Shown piece after piece: positions 34,801 through 45,040 of a DNA stretch of 64,000 bases (positions within the stretch are counted from its first letter, which is position 1; each line of letters starts with the position of its first letter). Both the position numbers and the translations under genes were made by a program. Source of the stretch: an uncultured virus (IMG/VR IMGVR_UViG_3300025723_000029) (lineage: Duplodnaviria > Heunggongvirae > Uroviricota > Caudoviricetes); the IMG/VR virus record IMGVR_UViG_3300025723_000029. One strand, 5' to 3'. Under the pieces are notes generated by a model. That model had not been told where the DNA came from and ran no database searches. It saw only the letters and a program-made list of their open reading frames with translations.

Positions 34801-37800
34801 AGCTTCTGGTTTCAGTAATAGGGTACTGAGCCAGGATAGCATTGGCACGTTCTAGATAATTTTTTAAAGCCGTATATCTGTCGATAAACATGCCTTGTCT
34901 TGGACTGTATCGCACTCCGTACTGCATGCCCGGGCTCAGCAATGGATCGGGCACCAGGGCACCCGAGGTATTCTGTCCGCACAAGCTGTCTACCAATTTG
35001 TTGTAGATGGAATCATTTACAAAACTGGAGGCCTTGCCGTCGGCAATAAATTCGTATTCGGTATGTATGTTGATTCCGGCTCCAGGAGTCTGGCGCTCGT
35101 ATTCCACATGCAGTATGGTGTCTTGCGCACTGATCAGCCCGCTAGCATTGTACAAGGCCACTGTGTTGGCCGTGAGTGGTGCCAGATACGGTATGCCACT
35201 ACCAATTGGATTGGCTATATAGCTGGCAATGGCTGACGCACTGAGATCTTTGCCGTTGGCCGAATCGATTGATGTGATCCCACGTACCCAGTAGTAATAG
35301 TAGTTGGCCAACACACCATTGGCGGTCAACACCGATGATGTGGTGTAACTGGTGTTGCTCAACGGACGACCTGTTCCTGTATAACTGGCCGGAGGCACCG
35401 AGCTTTCTATCCACTGATAAATGTCCACTCGGCTTCCAGGAAATATCTGTGCCCATTGGCGACTGGCATAGGTTATATCGTCCTGGTTGGGATTGACAAA
35501 TCTCACAGTGTCAGTGTCCCACCAAATTTCTCCCACATGTCCTGAATACCAGGCAGTGCCGTTGTTGTGTATGGTGCCGGTGTTGTAATTGGCTGGGTCC
35601 ACAGCACCAATATAGTCTATGTTTCTTGCTGCCACGCCCAGTATCTTGCCCTGCAAAGGGTCAATAAAATCAAAATAGGTTTGTGTGCTGTTCAACAGTT
35701 TGTCAAAGCTGTAGACCGAATTCATGAGTTCAATATTGACTGCAGGCTGTTGGTAATAAGCAATTTTCCAGCTGGGGGCATTGGTCGGATTGTCATAGAT
35801 TGATATGCTGCCGTAATTGGAATTGTTGCTAACTCCAAGATCCTGCCCTGGTGCACCCACAATCAGGCGCCCGTTAACATAGTTGACTGCTGTTCCAAAC
35901 TGGTCGCCGCTCTGAGTACCACTCTGATAAATCTGCTGACCAAATACCATCTGTCCTGGGTTGGTAACTGAAGTATTGGCACTGGGCAAATAATCAAATG
36001 TGTAAGCCACTCCGGAGTTGCTTACAGGATTACTGACTCGAGTGCTGTGTTCGTCAAATATGGTTTTTCCTGCATCGAACGACATGGCTTCGTACACATT
36101 GCCATTGGGGGCGCCAACAACCACGTTGAGGCTGTTGCTGTTTATGGAAATCGCGCTACCAAACGCACCATAGGCCACTGGATCAGGACTGGTCAAGGTC
36201 TGTGTGTACACAAAGGTCTCAAATCCCAACTGAGCAAATGCCGACCCGTTATAGCCTATGCCCGGTAACACACTCAATTGATTGAAGGTGGGTGCTGCGG
36301 CCGAATCTATCACGCTCAAGACCAGTTGTCCGGTCACGATCACTATAGGCAAATAGATTGCAGGTGCTGTCACAAAAGCAATCTGTCCGGGGCTGGAGGT
36401 TGTGGCCGGAATATAGCTGTAGGTATATCCTGCAGCGGGGCTGGCTATTTGTAAAACACCGTTCACATACACTACCGGATTTGATCCAGCTGCACTGTAC
36501 ACGGTCCCGATATCGTATAGCTGTGTGGTGCCATCGCTGATAAATTCAAGATTGTTGCTGAGCGATGCTTGCACATTGGGCACAGCAAAAGAGCTGGTCC
36601 AATACATGCTGTTGGACGATGGCTGTTGCGCCAAACTGCTTTGAGCAGAAATGTAACACACACTGTTGTAGATCACACGATCATTGATATAGTACGTCTG
36701 GGTGCTGGACCACGGCAACGGAGATATGGCATTGGCCAGACCAGCCACGGTATTGTTGGGGCTGTTGGGTACGGCTATTTCTATATTGTTCACACGTATA
36801 GCTGTTCCAGGAGTCAGTGTGGGGTTGGCCACTGTGCTCACTGTGGCTCCGTACAATCGACTCTGATTGACGTGGCGAGTCACGCTGCCGTCCTGTATCA
36901 ATGTCGACGTGTATTTAGGAGATCCCACGTAGATGCTGCAGTCGTTTGAACAAATTTGTACCGCAGATCCAAACTGTGATCCGGACTCCGGAGTTGATGC
37001 TGTTATCTTTTCCATGAACTGGAACTGATTGGTTTCAATTTCGATACTGTCACCAATATTGAGTACCACCGAATTGTTCAATACAATGTTGGATCCTGAT
37101 AGAGTAAATTGGCCGTTGATGTACTGTGCAGAGTTATATAAAAACGTACCGTTCAATAATACTGCTACCGGTGCTGTAACAGCACCCGGTATGGCATAGG
37201 TCAATTGAGCAACGTCAGTGACCAAATAACGTACCACGCTGCGATCAAACACATAGGTTGAACCAGCATTGGCCACAACATTGCCTTGCGAATCTAGAGC
37301 AGAATCTGAATTGCTGCCCACAATCACGGTCCTGCCGTCAGTGCTGGTTGTGACCGCAGAACCAAATGCAGCGTCTGCAGATAACGATAATCCACCAACC
37401 GGCATAGCCGACATGTATTGCCAGTAATTGCCGGCAGTTATCACAATGTTGCTGCCGGACGCAGGCACAGTCAAAAAGGTCAGCTGGGTAGAAAATGTGT
37501 AGTCGATATAAGGACGTTGATATACTCCGTCAACTGCTATAGAAAAACTGTCGATGGATGTAGCTGTGTAAAGATAGGTGGACAAATTATAGGTGTCTGA
37601 TCCAGTACCGGTCAATATGACCTTGTTGCGTCGAGTCACAAGTAATTGTATACCAGGCGACGGTGCTTGCGGAAAAACTATTGATGTGGCTGTAACAGTG
37701 TAATCAACGCCATTGGTCAATTGAACATTGTTCAAGGTCACAATCAATTGGTCAGGATAGGCCGAATTGATCTGTATGGCCGTGTTGTACACAAACGACG

Positions 37801-40800
37801 TGGTTGTTAGATCCGTAGTGTAAGAGATAGATTGTGTTGGAACTGTGATCAGTCCGTAGGCATAGACCAGATTTCTACCAGGTGCGCCAATATACATCCA
37901 ACGTTCATCTGCACTGATCACCACAGCAGTTCCAAATGCCACGGCCGCAGTCGAGGTGGGTGCTGTAAGCAATTGGCTCAATTCATAATCGTTGCTGCCG
38001 GGCACTTGATATATAGCAACGGCATATCCGCGACCAGCGTCGCTGGCTGGAGCTCCAGCAACAGCCCAGTTGCTGTTGCCCCAGCTGAGGCTGCTACCAA
38101 ACGATTCTGTATTGGCTGCTGCCAACGTGAGTATGAGATTGTCTACATAAGTGCCGGCATTGGTACTGGTAGTAACACGTCGATAAGTTTCAACTGTGCC
38201 TCCACCAGCTGTGTTTGGACTGCCTACCAACAGGCTGTAATGATTGCTTGACTGCGCTATCGCAGATCCAAATAGATCATTGTATTGTGGAATGATTGAT
38301 GATACAGTTTCAACTCCGGCAAACGGTGATTGTTTTTCCAATACCTGCCAGTGGCCTGACCCGTCATTGTCCACCCAGGCACGTGCGCCGGGTACTAGAT
38401 CTGTGGCATACGACAATTGACTTACATCACTGGCCTGTTTGACACGCATGGTCTGTAGATGCCAGGCCAAACCAGTGCCAGTCAAGGTAGTCTGATTGCT
38501 GTTGACAAAACTGTAAGAAATTATCAGTTGTGTGGGCGAGCGTATGCCCAAGACACGATATACTCCATCCACAACTGTGGAGAAATATCTCACAATGATC
38601 AGGTCACCAATTTTCAGATTGGTTATAGAGCTAAATTGTGCGATACTGGTACCATTTAGATTGTCTGTGATCTGAGTCAAACGTCCAGGAACTTGAGCAC
38701 AACGATAGATATTCCAGTCGTAGCTGTTGTCATGTGCTACCCAGACAGTGGTGCCTGTGCCAATGATACCAATGTTGGCAGCGATTGACGAAGGGTCGTC
38801 TAGACTGTACACTGTGATATCGGCATCATTGATGTTTACATATCCGGCCGACGGCAACGCAGTCTGCTGAGTGGTAGGATATATGGTAGGTAGGATATTG
38901 GTTGTGGCAATGTTGTAGCTTTCGCTCCAGAGATTGCTCAGTAGCACAGTTTGATTGGCCTGGCTGATATCTCCTGGTTGTATGATTTGCACTGTGCTAG
39001 GGTTGTTGGGCAACAAGGCTTGGTTGAGATTGATTTCAAAATAGCTTCTGTTGGCCGTTGCTCCGTAGGTTCCGATCAACACACCCCAGGTTTCGTAAAT
39101 CTTGTAAGTGCCACTGCCTTTGGCCAAAGACACATTGGTAAACAGATCAGTGGCCTGCAGGCTGCCTTTGGTCTTGATAAACTGCTGATAAAGATTGACC
39201 TGGCTCACATCGTCTAGACCAAGATTGGCCATGTACTGTCTGGGTGTGAACCCAATCAGATTGTACGCCAACAAGTCATTGCTGTTGTTGAGATTGGCTG
39301 TTTGTGTGTTGTAGGTATTGGCCAGCTGATCAGCCTTGTTGGCCAGATTGGCCAACAAACCTTTTTGAATGCGTGCCCAGTTGCTCAAGAACCAGCTGTT
39401 GTAATCAAATGCAGCAGTAGGTTGTACAGTGCCGTTGGCCTGCCAGTATTGATTTTTGTATCGTACTAGGTCGCCCTTGGTGTATCTCTGAGTAGGATCC
39501 CAAGCCAGCACGTTGTCCTGATTCAGCATGAACCCGCGAGCATTCAATGTGCCGTCCCACATGGTGCTGTTAAATGCATTCAGATACAGCCTATTTTGTC
39601 GCTCGGCTGTGGTAGGATCGTAAATCACATCTCCAAAAATATCCACATTGTCGAACACGATCATGTTTTCGTAATCGGTAAATTTGAGATTGAGATAACT
39701 GATGGCCTGACCGGTCGACAAATCGGGCTGTATGACAAAACTGTCGCCAAACCGCTGTATGACAAGATTGCGAGTGGCAAATGTCTGTCTGTTTTGATCC
39801 AGCAGTTGATTCTGTGGACCGTAGCTGACAATGCTGTCAACTACAGCTCCGGGAGTGCTAACTGACAATTGACTGGCTGCTGGATTGAGATTGATCAAGG
39901 TTCCGGTTTGCCAGCCCTGCTGACTGAAATACAGGAATTCCTGGGCCATCTGACGCCAGTCCAACACATACCCATTTTCTATATAGGTAAATGACATTCC
40001 CTGCGTCTGAAGATACTGGCCGTAACTCAACAAGAAATCAACCACCATGTTGCGATTGGTAAACACATAACCGTACGGTATCCGGGCTGTCTGGTTGCTG
40101 TACTGTGCTGGCACCTGTACTGTGGCGCCGCCGGCTGATATGGTCTGAGTGATACCGTTGACCGCACTGACCAAGATAGTAAAATAGGCCTGATAGGTGC
40201 TGTATCCGTATACCGACCAACCGTTGCCCACTTTTTCTATCACGACTGAACTGTAGGTGGATTGCGAGTACGGTTGATCTTTGTAAAGCAGTAGATGATA
40301 ACTTTCAGGCGGAATCAGGAGACTTTGATTTTGACTCTGTGGACTGGATTTTTCAAGAGATATTTCCAGGCTCTGTTGATCGGTCCAGGCCGCCATGCGG
40401 TAGCACAATCTTACATCCACATTGGCCAGATCGCTGGCAAGGCTGTCAGTGCTGTTGACACCCATCTGTTGGTTGTAATCCACTATCCAATCAATATAGC
40501 TGGCCTTGCTGACTCCGTTGCCATAAATTTCTAATTCGTTGGCATTGAGTCTGTAACGTTTGTTGTAAAGATACTGGCGCATCGTGGCCGAATACCGATA
40601 AAGATCTCGGTCGGCAAATAGACTGAAAAATTCAGCGGGTCTGGTCAAGGCCAACAGGCGCATAACAGCAAACGGATAACTCGAGCTGGACCACCACGAT
40701 GCTTCTACTGGACCACCATCGCCCACAGTCCAGCTTTTACGGAACGTGTTGGGGTTGTAGAGTCCAACCACGCTGCTGACCGGAGGCAACAGATTCCCCA

Positions 40801-43800
40801 ATCCATCCACCGGTATCACCTGTGTGAGCCCGGGTCTGGCAAAATTAGATTTTATGTAAGGCGCTACTGGATCAGCCACCAGCCCCTGTTCAAGATCGCC
40901 CCATAATACCAAATTGCCGCTGGTATATGGCGGCAGACCGTAACAATTGGTCCACCAGACTGGCTGTTCAGTAAAGCCCAGCATTTCCCAAGGTGTCAGA
41001 TTGGGTGTAATAGTATCATAAAAATAGCGATAGATACCGCGCCAGGCTCCTTGCTCTAACACCTGATTGTTGATCCGATTGCCGGCGGTGCTGTAGTTGT
41101 AGGTAAATGCGTTGTTGGCCAGGTAATCCTGTGCGGTATAGTCCAGTTTGTTGTAGCCCGCCCAGCTGAGGAAATCTTCACCCAAGATCTGTGTGATTTC
41201 AGCTTCGGTATAATCTGTGGTTCGAAAAAACCCGGGCAACACTTCGTCTATGGTAAGTGGTACCGGGTTACCATCTGTCTTGAGATTGCTGTAGATACGC
41301 TTTTCAAATTCCAGCAAGATGTCGTCGCGGATATCGCCAAACGCAACAGTGATGCTGCCGTCGTGCCCTTGTATGACCGGAGTTGGTTGGACGTAATCCG
41401 AGCTGATGTAGGCCCTGGGAGTCCATTTGGGATACAGTCCCAGCTTGGTAGGAGTGTTGGGTACAAAATTGCCGTAGGTTGGATTGTATTCGTTGATGGT
41501 GACTGTATCGCCTGTGTTTAAAGGCACCAGTATGGTCAAGGTTGGTGTGCCTACACCGGTTTTGTAATCAACACCACGTGTCAACAGGGCGCCATTCAGG
41601 TACACCAACAGTCCTAGATAGTTGCTGGTGGTAAAATCGTAAGTCTGTACAGTGTTGAATCGGTTGGTCGTGATTGCTGTCACTGTGGTTGAGTTTGATG
41701 CCAGTCGAGTGCCAGTAGGCAGCATGTCACTCCAGTAAAACGGACTGATACTGGTATCACCAGCCGTGATCAAACTCACTGCACTGTCCAGGATCTCAGG
41801 CACAGTCTGCGTTCCAAAATCGTTTGTGATCACGGCGTTCAACAGTTGATTCTTGAACTTGATGTATTCGCGGCTGTTGAATACCAGCGAATCAAAAATA
41901 TTATATTCGGTACTGCGCAGGAAAAATCCAGCCAAGGTCATGGGCGAACTCTGTTGCAGGATCTGCAATCCATACGGCACCAGATTGCCTAGATCTCGGG
42001 TGTTGTTGGCACCAATTACAGGTCCTTCAAGATTGATTAGATTTTGCGCAATGGTACTGTAGTGATTGCGTGCTGTTCCCAGAGTAAACGTGCTGGAATT
42101 GTTGTTGAGCGGATTGTTTTCAAGATTGATTGGTACCTGATAAAACCCTGTGGCACTGACCTGATTGCTCAACACTTGCAGTTCGACTGTGTCTCCTACT
42201 GCGATTACCCCGGATGCGAACGTGATAGTGGTAGTGGCCGATGCCACAGTATAGCTGTAATTGTATGTGCCGGTGTCGGAATTGTAAGGTTCTAGAAATG
42301 CTGAATTCACAAAGATCTGTACAGCCGGGACCACTGTACTGGTCGACACAGCCACATCCAACTGCAACGGCAATCCGGCATAAGTGAACCCAAACTGCTG
42401 TCTCACTTGGCTCTTGGACACGGCTGTTTGCCAGCCTATTTCAAGATCAAAGGCAGCTCGTGTCTGGTACTGTCTGACAAATCCGGTGCTGAGTGGAACT
42501 GTAACTCCGGTGTTGTTGGTGGTATAAACAAAACTGTCGGCATAAAGATTGTTATCAAATACTATGTCGCCCAGGTTGGTCAAATTCAAATAGGTCAGAG
42601 GAAATCCCAGATACGGATCATTTGTACCGTTGCTGACTGCATAACTGGTTAGATAGCTGCCGAGGAAATTGGAACTGGGATATGTGGTTTGATCGGCAAA
42701 GCTGATACCGTTGAGATCGTACACATCAAATCTAATAGGCTGGTTCACGCTGTTTTTTTGCTGTGCCAGGATCCAGTTGGCTCCATCAAAGTAGTAGGTG
42801 ACACCGATCAAGGTTGTGCCGGCTAGACACACTGTGGACTGATCAGCTAGCACTGTGGCAATCGGAATCAGATTGATAATGGGTTCCGGTATCAAAGGAG
42901 CCACTGTATCTGGGGTTATAAACGTCACTTGATACACTGTTCTGCGCACCGCAATGTCTTGATCCCCGGCAAAAATTATGGTACTGCCTTCGACCAACTG
43001 ATATCCATCGGTCGCAAACCCCAAGCTGCCTTCCACCGTGCGCAAGGCATCGGTCTGACTAAAATCAATTATGTCAACCGGTGCAATGCCCTGGGTGCCA
43101 AACCCAAACAGGCGTGTACCTCCACGGAATTCCAGAATTGGTCTCTTGGCTCGTAGAGTCTGATCCAGTACCACGTTGGTCCTGTTGTATGATCCAGTCT
43201 GCTGTATCACATCCACATGGAACCATCTATTGCTGCGGCACCAGGGATTGAGATCCAGACTGTCTCGACTGCTGGTAAGGTAATCAGGATAAAGCGGCAA
43301 ACCCGATAGATAGGTTTCTGGTGTAACAAAATCGGTGACCGGCAACAGTTGTATGGCTGTGCCCACACCTTGCACATAATACTCGTTGTTTTGATATCCA
43401 GCTGGAACTGTGGTTCCAGTAAACAGTACCTTGAGACCGTTGGTAAACGTGACTCCATTGGGACTGGTATAGGTCTTTCTGCCCAGAATGTTGCCAACAT
43501 CTAAAACACTCGTGCCTGTTAAATCAACCAGTTCGATCACGCCAAACATGGTCGGGTCTGTTCCGTCTTGGTAGTACAGCAGATCACGTGTGGCTGTCAA
43601 CAAGGGCATTTGTACCAGTAGACCTGAAGCATTTTTGTACCATCTGGTGCTGGCATAGGTGGCTCCAAACAACACACCAAACTGAGAAAGATTGTTTATA
43701 GACAGCACATTGATCAGCTGTATGATCCCACCTGTTTCACTGACCAGCCAGACCACATACAGATCTGTGTCTGTGGTATTGACGGCATTGAATACCAGTG

Positions 43801-45040
43801 TTCTACCAACAATGTTGGTCACACCATCGATGCCTGCAGGATTGGTTGCAAGAAAGTCTGTCAATGCTATGCCGTTGATCTGATCAAACAGCAAAGTGGT
43901 GACCAGATCCACGGTACCTGTAGGTTGATTGGGCAGGCTACCAATATAAGGCAGATTGTAGTAAAAATTCTGTGCAGTGGTAGCAGGTGTGTTGAACGTG
44001 ACAGTACCAAGATCAACTCCGTTGTTGACCACACCGTACACATCACGACTTGAAATATTGGGGGTAGATGCAACAACTCCATTGATACCTGGATCGGTTT
44101 GTATCCAAAAACCAGGACCGGTGCCAGCAACAGCATCGACTATATCAAACGTGCCACGTAAATTGAATTCAGTGCTGTTACAATAGTACAGGGTATCGGG
44201 CGCATCTTGTGGCACTGTGAAAGTGATCAGCCCGGACACAGCGCCGTTGTTGGACACTCCCGAGTTGTAAAGATTGATCGATCCATAGCTGGCCTCGGTC
44301 TTGATATAGAACGGAAGTGGCGCCGACAACGACAAATCAAATGTATAAGTGTTACCCCTGGTAAGGGTCAGGGTCGGATTGCTGTCATAGTCTATGACCC
44401 AGGCTGTGGTTCCATTGTTGGTTACACGGAACTGTATGGTGGCCTGGTTGTTTTGTGCTACCAGGAAATTGTAAGTGCCGTTCCTGGCCAAGGTCAAGGT
44501 TGGATTGTTGCCGGCAATTCCGCTGAAAGTATAAAAACCGTCATTGCGTGTGACTGTGAAATTTTCGTAGGTGGGTATGCCAGTGGCATTGACTGTGACT
44601 GCATCGGGGCCGTTGGGCAACCAATAGTATTCCGAATAATTTATGAACTTGTCGAAATCCACAAACGGATCCCAGGTGTAATACTCGCTGGTATACAAAG
44701 ATGAACTGTTGGCAACCACAGCACCTTGAACGGCCAGTGCATCATTCATGCCCGGATAGGTTATGGCATCCACCACCTGGGCAGTATCAGCAGGGTTGAC
44801 CTGCACTACACCGGGTTCCAGTTGATACTGATTGCGAGTCGCAGTTGGTTCAATCACGTATTGGTCGTTGGCATTGACTCCAGGACCGATACGTTGTCCT
44901 ATAAATCCTTGTCGTTTGGCAAATGCTGGTTCTTGAGTCAGCTGATCCAGCGTGGCAGCCAAGAACTGCCGGTTGATCGGAGTCTGGAATACTTCAGGTA
45001 AAAGGTCTGCGGTACTAAATTGTGCGCTGGGTATGGTCAT
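31808..45040 (-). CDS. giant (~4410 aa) baseplate/virion protein with FG-GAP propeller and carbohydrate-binding-like modules
   Basis: Single ORF directly after the gp6-like gene (TGATG overlap); seven FGxA/S...GA/SP repeats; several W-x4-Y-x2-G/N modules. Confidence 0.8.
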   Translation of the reverse strand: MTIPSAQFSTADLLPEVFQTPINRQFLAATLDQLTQEPAFAKRQGFIGQRIGPGVNANDQYVIEPTATRNQYQLEPGVVQVNPADTAQVVDAITYPGMNDALAVQGAVVANSSSLYTSEYYTWDPFVDFDKFINYSEYYWLPNGPDAVTVNATGIPTYENFTVTRNDGFYTFSGIAGNNPTLTLARNGTYNFLVAQNNQATIQFRVTNNGTTAWVIDYDSNPTLTLTRGNTYTFDLSLSAPLPFYIKTEASYGSINLYNSGVSNNGAVSGLITFTVPQDAPDTLYYCNSTEFNLRGTFDIVDAVAGTGPGFWIQTDPGINGVVASTPNISSRDVYGVVNNGVDLGTVTFNTPATTAQNFYYNLPYIGSLPNQPTGTVDLVTTLLFDQINGIALTDFLATNPAGIDGVTNIVGRTLVFNAVNTTDTDLYVVWLVSETGGIIQLINVLSINNLSQFGVLFGATYASTRWYKNASGLLVQMPLLTATRDLLYYQDGTDPTMFGVIELVDLTGTSVLDVGNILGRKTYTSPNGVTFTNGLKVLFTGTTVPAGYQNNEYYVQGVGTAIQLLPVTDFVTPETYLSGLPLYPDYLTSSRDSLDLNPWCRSNRWFHVDVIQQTGSYNRTNVVLDQTLRAKRPILEFRGGTRLFGFGTQGIAPVDIIDFSQTDALRTVEGSLGFATDGYQLVEGSTIIFAGDQDIAVRRTVYQVTFITPDTVAPLIPEPIINLIPIATVLADQSTVCLAGTTLIGVTYYFDGANWILAQQKNSVNQPIRFDVYDLNGISFADQTTYPSSNFLGSYLTSYAVSNGTNDPYLGFPLTYLNLTNLGDIVFDNNLYADSFVYTTNNTGVTVPLSTGFVRQYQTRAAFDLEIGWQTAVSKSQVRQQFGFTYAGLPLQLDVAVSTSTVVPAVQIFVNSAFLEPYNSDTGTYNYSYTVASATTTITFASGVIAVGDTVELQVLSNQVSATGFYQVPINLENNPLNNNSSTFTLGTARNHYSTIAQNLINLEGPVIGANNTRDLGNLVPYGLQILQQSSPMTLAGFFLRSTEYNIFDSLVFNSREYIKFKNQLLNAVITNDFGTQTVPEILDSAVSLITAGDTSISPFYWSDMLPTGTRLASNSTTVTAITTNRFNTVQTYDFTTSNYLGLLVYLNGALLTRGVDYKTGVGTPTLTILVPLNTGDTVTINEYNPTYGNFVPNTPTKLGLYPKWTPRAYISSDYVQPTPVIQGHDGSITVAFGDIRDDILLEFEKRIYSNLKTDGNPVPLTIDEVLPGFFRTTDYTEAEITQILGEDFLSWAGYNKLDYTAQDYLANNAFTYNYSTAGNRINNQVLEQGAWRGIYRYFYDTITPNLTPWEMLGFTEQPVWWTNCYGLPPYTSGNLVLWGDLEQGLVADPVAPYIKSNFARPGLTQVIPVDGLGNLLPPVSSVVGLYNPNTFRKSWTVGDGGPVEASWWSSSSYPFAVMRLLALTRPAEFFSLFADRDLYRYSATMRQYLYNKRYRLNANELEIYGNGVSKASYIDWIVDYNQQMGVNSTDSLASDLANVDVRLCYRMAAWTDQQSLEISLEKSSPQSQNQSLLIPPESYHLLLYKDQPYSQSTYSSVVIEKVGNGWSVYGYSTYQAYFTILVSAVNGITQTISAGGATVQVPAQYSNQTARIPYGYVFTNRNMVVDFLLSYGQYLQTQGMSFTYIENGYVLDWRQMAQEFLYFSQQGWQTGTLINLNPAASQLSVSTPGAVVDSIVSYGPQNQLLDQNRQTFATRNLVIQRFGDSFVIQPDLSTGQAISYLNLKFTDYENMIVFDNVDIFGDVIYDPTTAERQNRLYLNAFNSTMWDGTLNARGFMLNQDNVLAWDPTQRYTKGDLVRYKNQYWQANGTVQPTAAFDYNSWFLSNWARIQKGLLANLANKADQLANTYNTQTANLNNSNDLLAYNLIGFTPRQYMANLGLDDVSQVNLYQQFIKTKGSLQATDLFTNVSLAKGSGTYKIYETWGVLIGTYGATANRSYFEINLNQALLPNNPSTVQIIQPGDISQANQTVLLSNLWSESYNIATTNILPTIYPTTQQTALPSAGYVNINDADITVYSLDDPSSIAANIGIIGTGTTVWVAHDNSYDWNIYRCAQVPGRLTQITDNLNGTSIAQFSSITNLKIGDLIIVRYFSTVVDGVYRVLGIRSPTQLIISYSFVNSNQTTLTGTGLAWHLQTMRVKQASDVSQLSYATDLVPGARAWVDNDGSGHWQVLEKQSPFAGVETVSSIIPQYNDLFGSAIAQSSNHYSLLVGSPNTAGGGTVETYRRVTTSTNAGTYVDNLILTLAAANTESFGSSLSWGNSNWAVAGAPASDAGRGYAVAIYQVPGSNDYELSQLLTAPTSTAAVAFGTAVVISADERWMYIGAPGRNLVYAYGLITVPTQSISYTTDLTTTSFVYNTAIQINSAYPDQLIVTLNNVQLTNGVDYTVTATSIVFPQAPSPGIQLLVTRRNKVILTGTGSDTYNLSTYLYTATSIDSFSIAVDGVYQRPYIDYTFSTQLTFLTVPASGSNIVITAGNYWQYMSAMPVGGLSLSADAAFGSAVTTSTDGRTVIVGSNSDSALDSQGNVVANAGSTYVFDRSVVRYLVTDVAQLTYAIPGAVTAPVAVLLNGTFLYNSAQYINGQFTLSGSNIVLNNSVVLNIGDSIEIETNQFQFMEKITASTPESGSQFGSAVQICSNDCSIYVGSPKYTSTLIQDGSVTRHVNQSRLYGATVSTVANPTLTPGTAIRVNNIEIAVPNSPNNTVAGLANAISPLPWSSTQTYYINDRVIYNSVCYISAQSSLAQQPSSNSMYWTSSFAVPNVQASLSNNLEFISDGTTQLYDIGTVYSAAGSNPVVYVNGVLQIASPAAGYTYSYIPATTSSPGQIAFVTAPAIYLPIVIVTGQLVLSVIDSAAAPTFNQLSVLPGIGYNGSAFAQLGFETFVYTQTLTSPDPVAYGAFGSAISINSNSLNVVVGAPNGNVYEAMSFDAGKTIFDEHSTRVSNPVSNSGVAYTFDYLPSANTSVTNPGQMVFGQQIYQSGTQSGDQFGTAVNYVNGRLIVGAPGQDLGVSNNSNYGSISIYDNPTNAPSWKIAYYQQPAVNIELMNSVYSFDKLLNSTQTYFDFIDPLQGKILGVAARNIDYIGAVDPANYNTGTIHNNGTAWYSGHVGEIWWDTDTVRFVNPNQDDITYASRQWAQIFPGSRVDIYQWIESSVPPASYTGTGRPLSNTSYTTSSVLTANGVLANYYYYWVRGITSIDSANGKDLSASAIASYIANPIGSGIPYLAPLTANTVALYNASGLISAQDTILHVEYERQTPGAGINIHTEYEFIADGKASSFVNDSIYNKLVDSLCGQNTSGALVPDPLLSPGMQYGVRYSPRQGMFIDRYTALKNYLERANAILAQYPITETRSFALLNSSEPTPGQLIGTASVASIAGTILTVSGTVTGTFAIGQTLTGTGIPASVVITGYVTGTGGAGTYNISTGLSISAQAITATAGYNFVVPNITVLGYQNLNQVPTGYLYLVLSDSTEGGRWTVYEVISNAGTGALQLNRIQNFDTPLYWHYINWYQPGYNSTVQPVAQVANYADLATLSLATAPIGSSVQVNANGQGLYEIYLRSDLGWTRVGLENGTIAFDEVLWNYSLGPYGFGADVFDAQFFDQAPVTETRQIINAINLQLFVDDLLIYRNELLMLMFKYVYSEFGSPDWLVKSSFIITDHNLQPLLPYQLYEKDDQTFVEDYINEVKPFHVQNLAFNLIYDGQDVYNGQLTDFDVPAHWDSALQVPQFVSPVLTPYTAAGSTIESFASDASANAAIWSEPPWQPWFTNHALSITGASMSASGTGYTVVPVVTFGTPWTANTVYTVGQQIYYVNGSTNNLYLVTVSGTSGETPPVFVSGSAVNGTATLVWSGNGAMGYATLGTNGTVASVTVTDPGSGYTTTATITLTGGNGTGARATPIMSNAMARQFSVRMRFDRYQYASDITEWQAGITYPAGAQVRWFNRVWSANYSVNTATFNVDQWSLVDITTLSGVDRTMGYYTPTPNMPGLSLPLLINGVTYPGVQVSAPAFDQDAGFDLGGYSFNPFDNIFYSLEGTPTYDPSILDAAYSSSYVDPYLGLRPTDINIAGGGYIDQYSSYAPEELVPGSEFDTMDFRVITNDGSPEFRIFQDMRGFQLTYAITGPTTTTVAQAVATTDDIIHVVNAEALFVPDLATNQWGVITIDAERIMYRNIDLTANTVSGLIRGTAGTAVTAHAIGSTVRDMSSNNLYGQRYQNYVVSDTVTADGSSTTFVAPSIVLSTTDITWVIANSYDTGVIVETPGTFSSSPYDTTPFDGGQFYRAKQAVPAGTDITDTDYWQPLVAAVEVYVGGLRVSPEFYTVTASTPVSITLTATPPAGQDVTILVRRGTWVDF

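Noticed and set aside
44150..44230. Functional type-1 copper site in the giant protein
   Set aside because: The Cys is present but the downstream His and Met ligands are missing (LYYCNSTEFNLRG)
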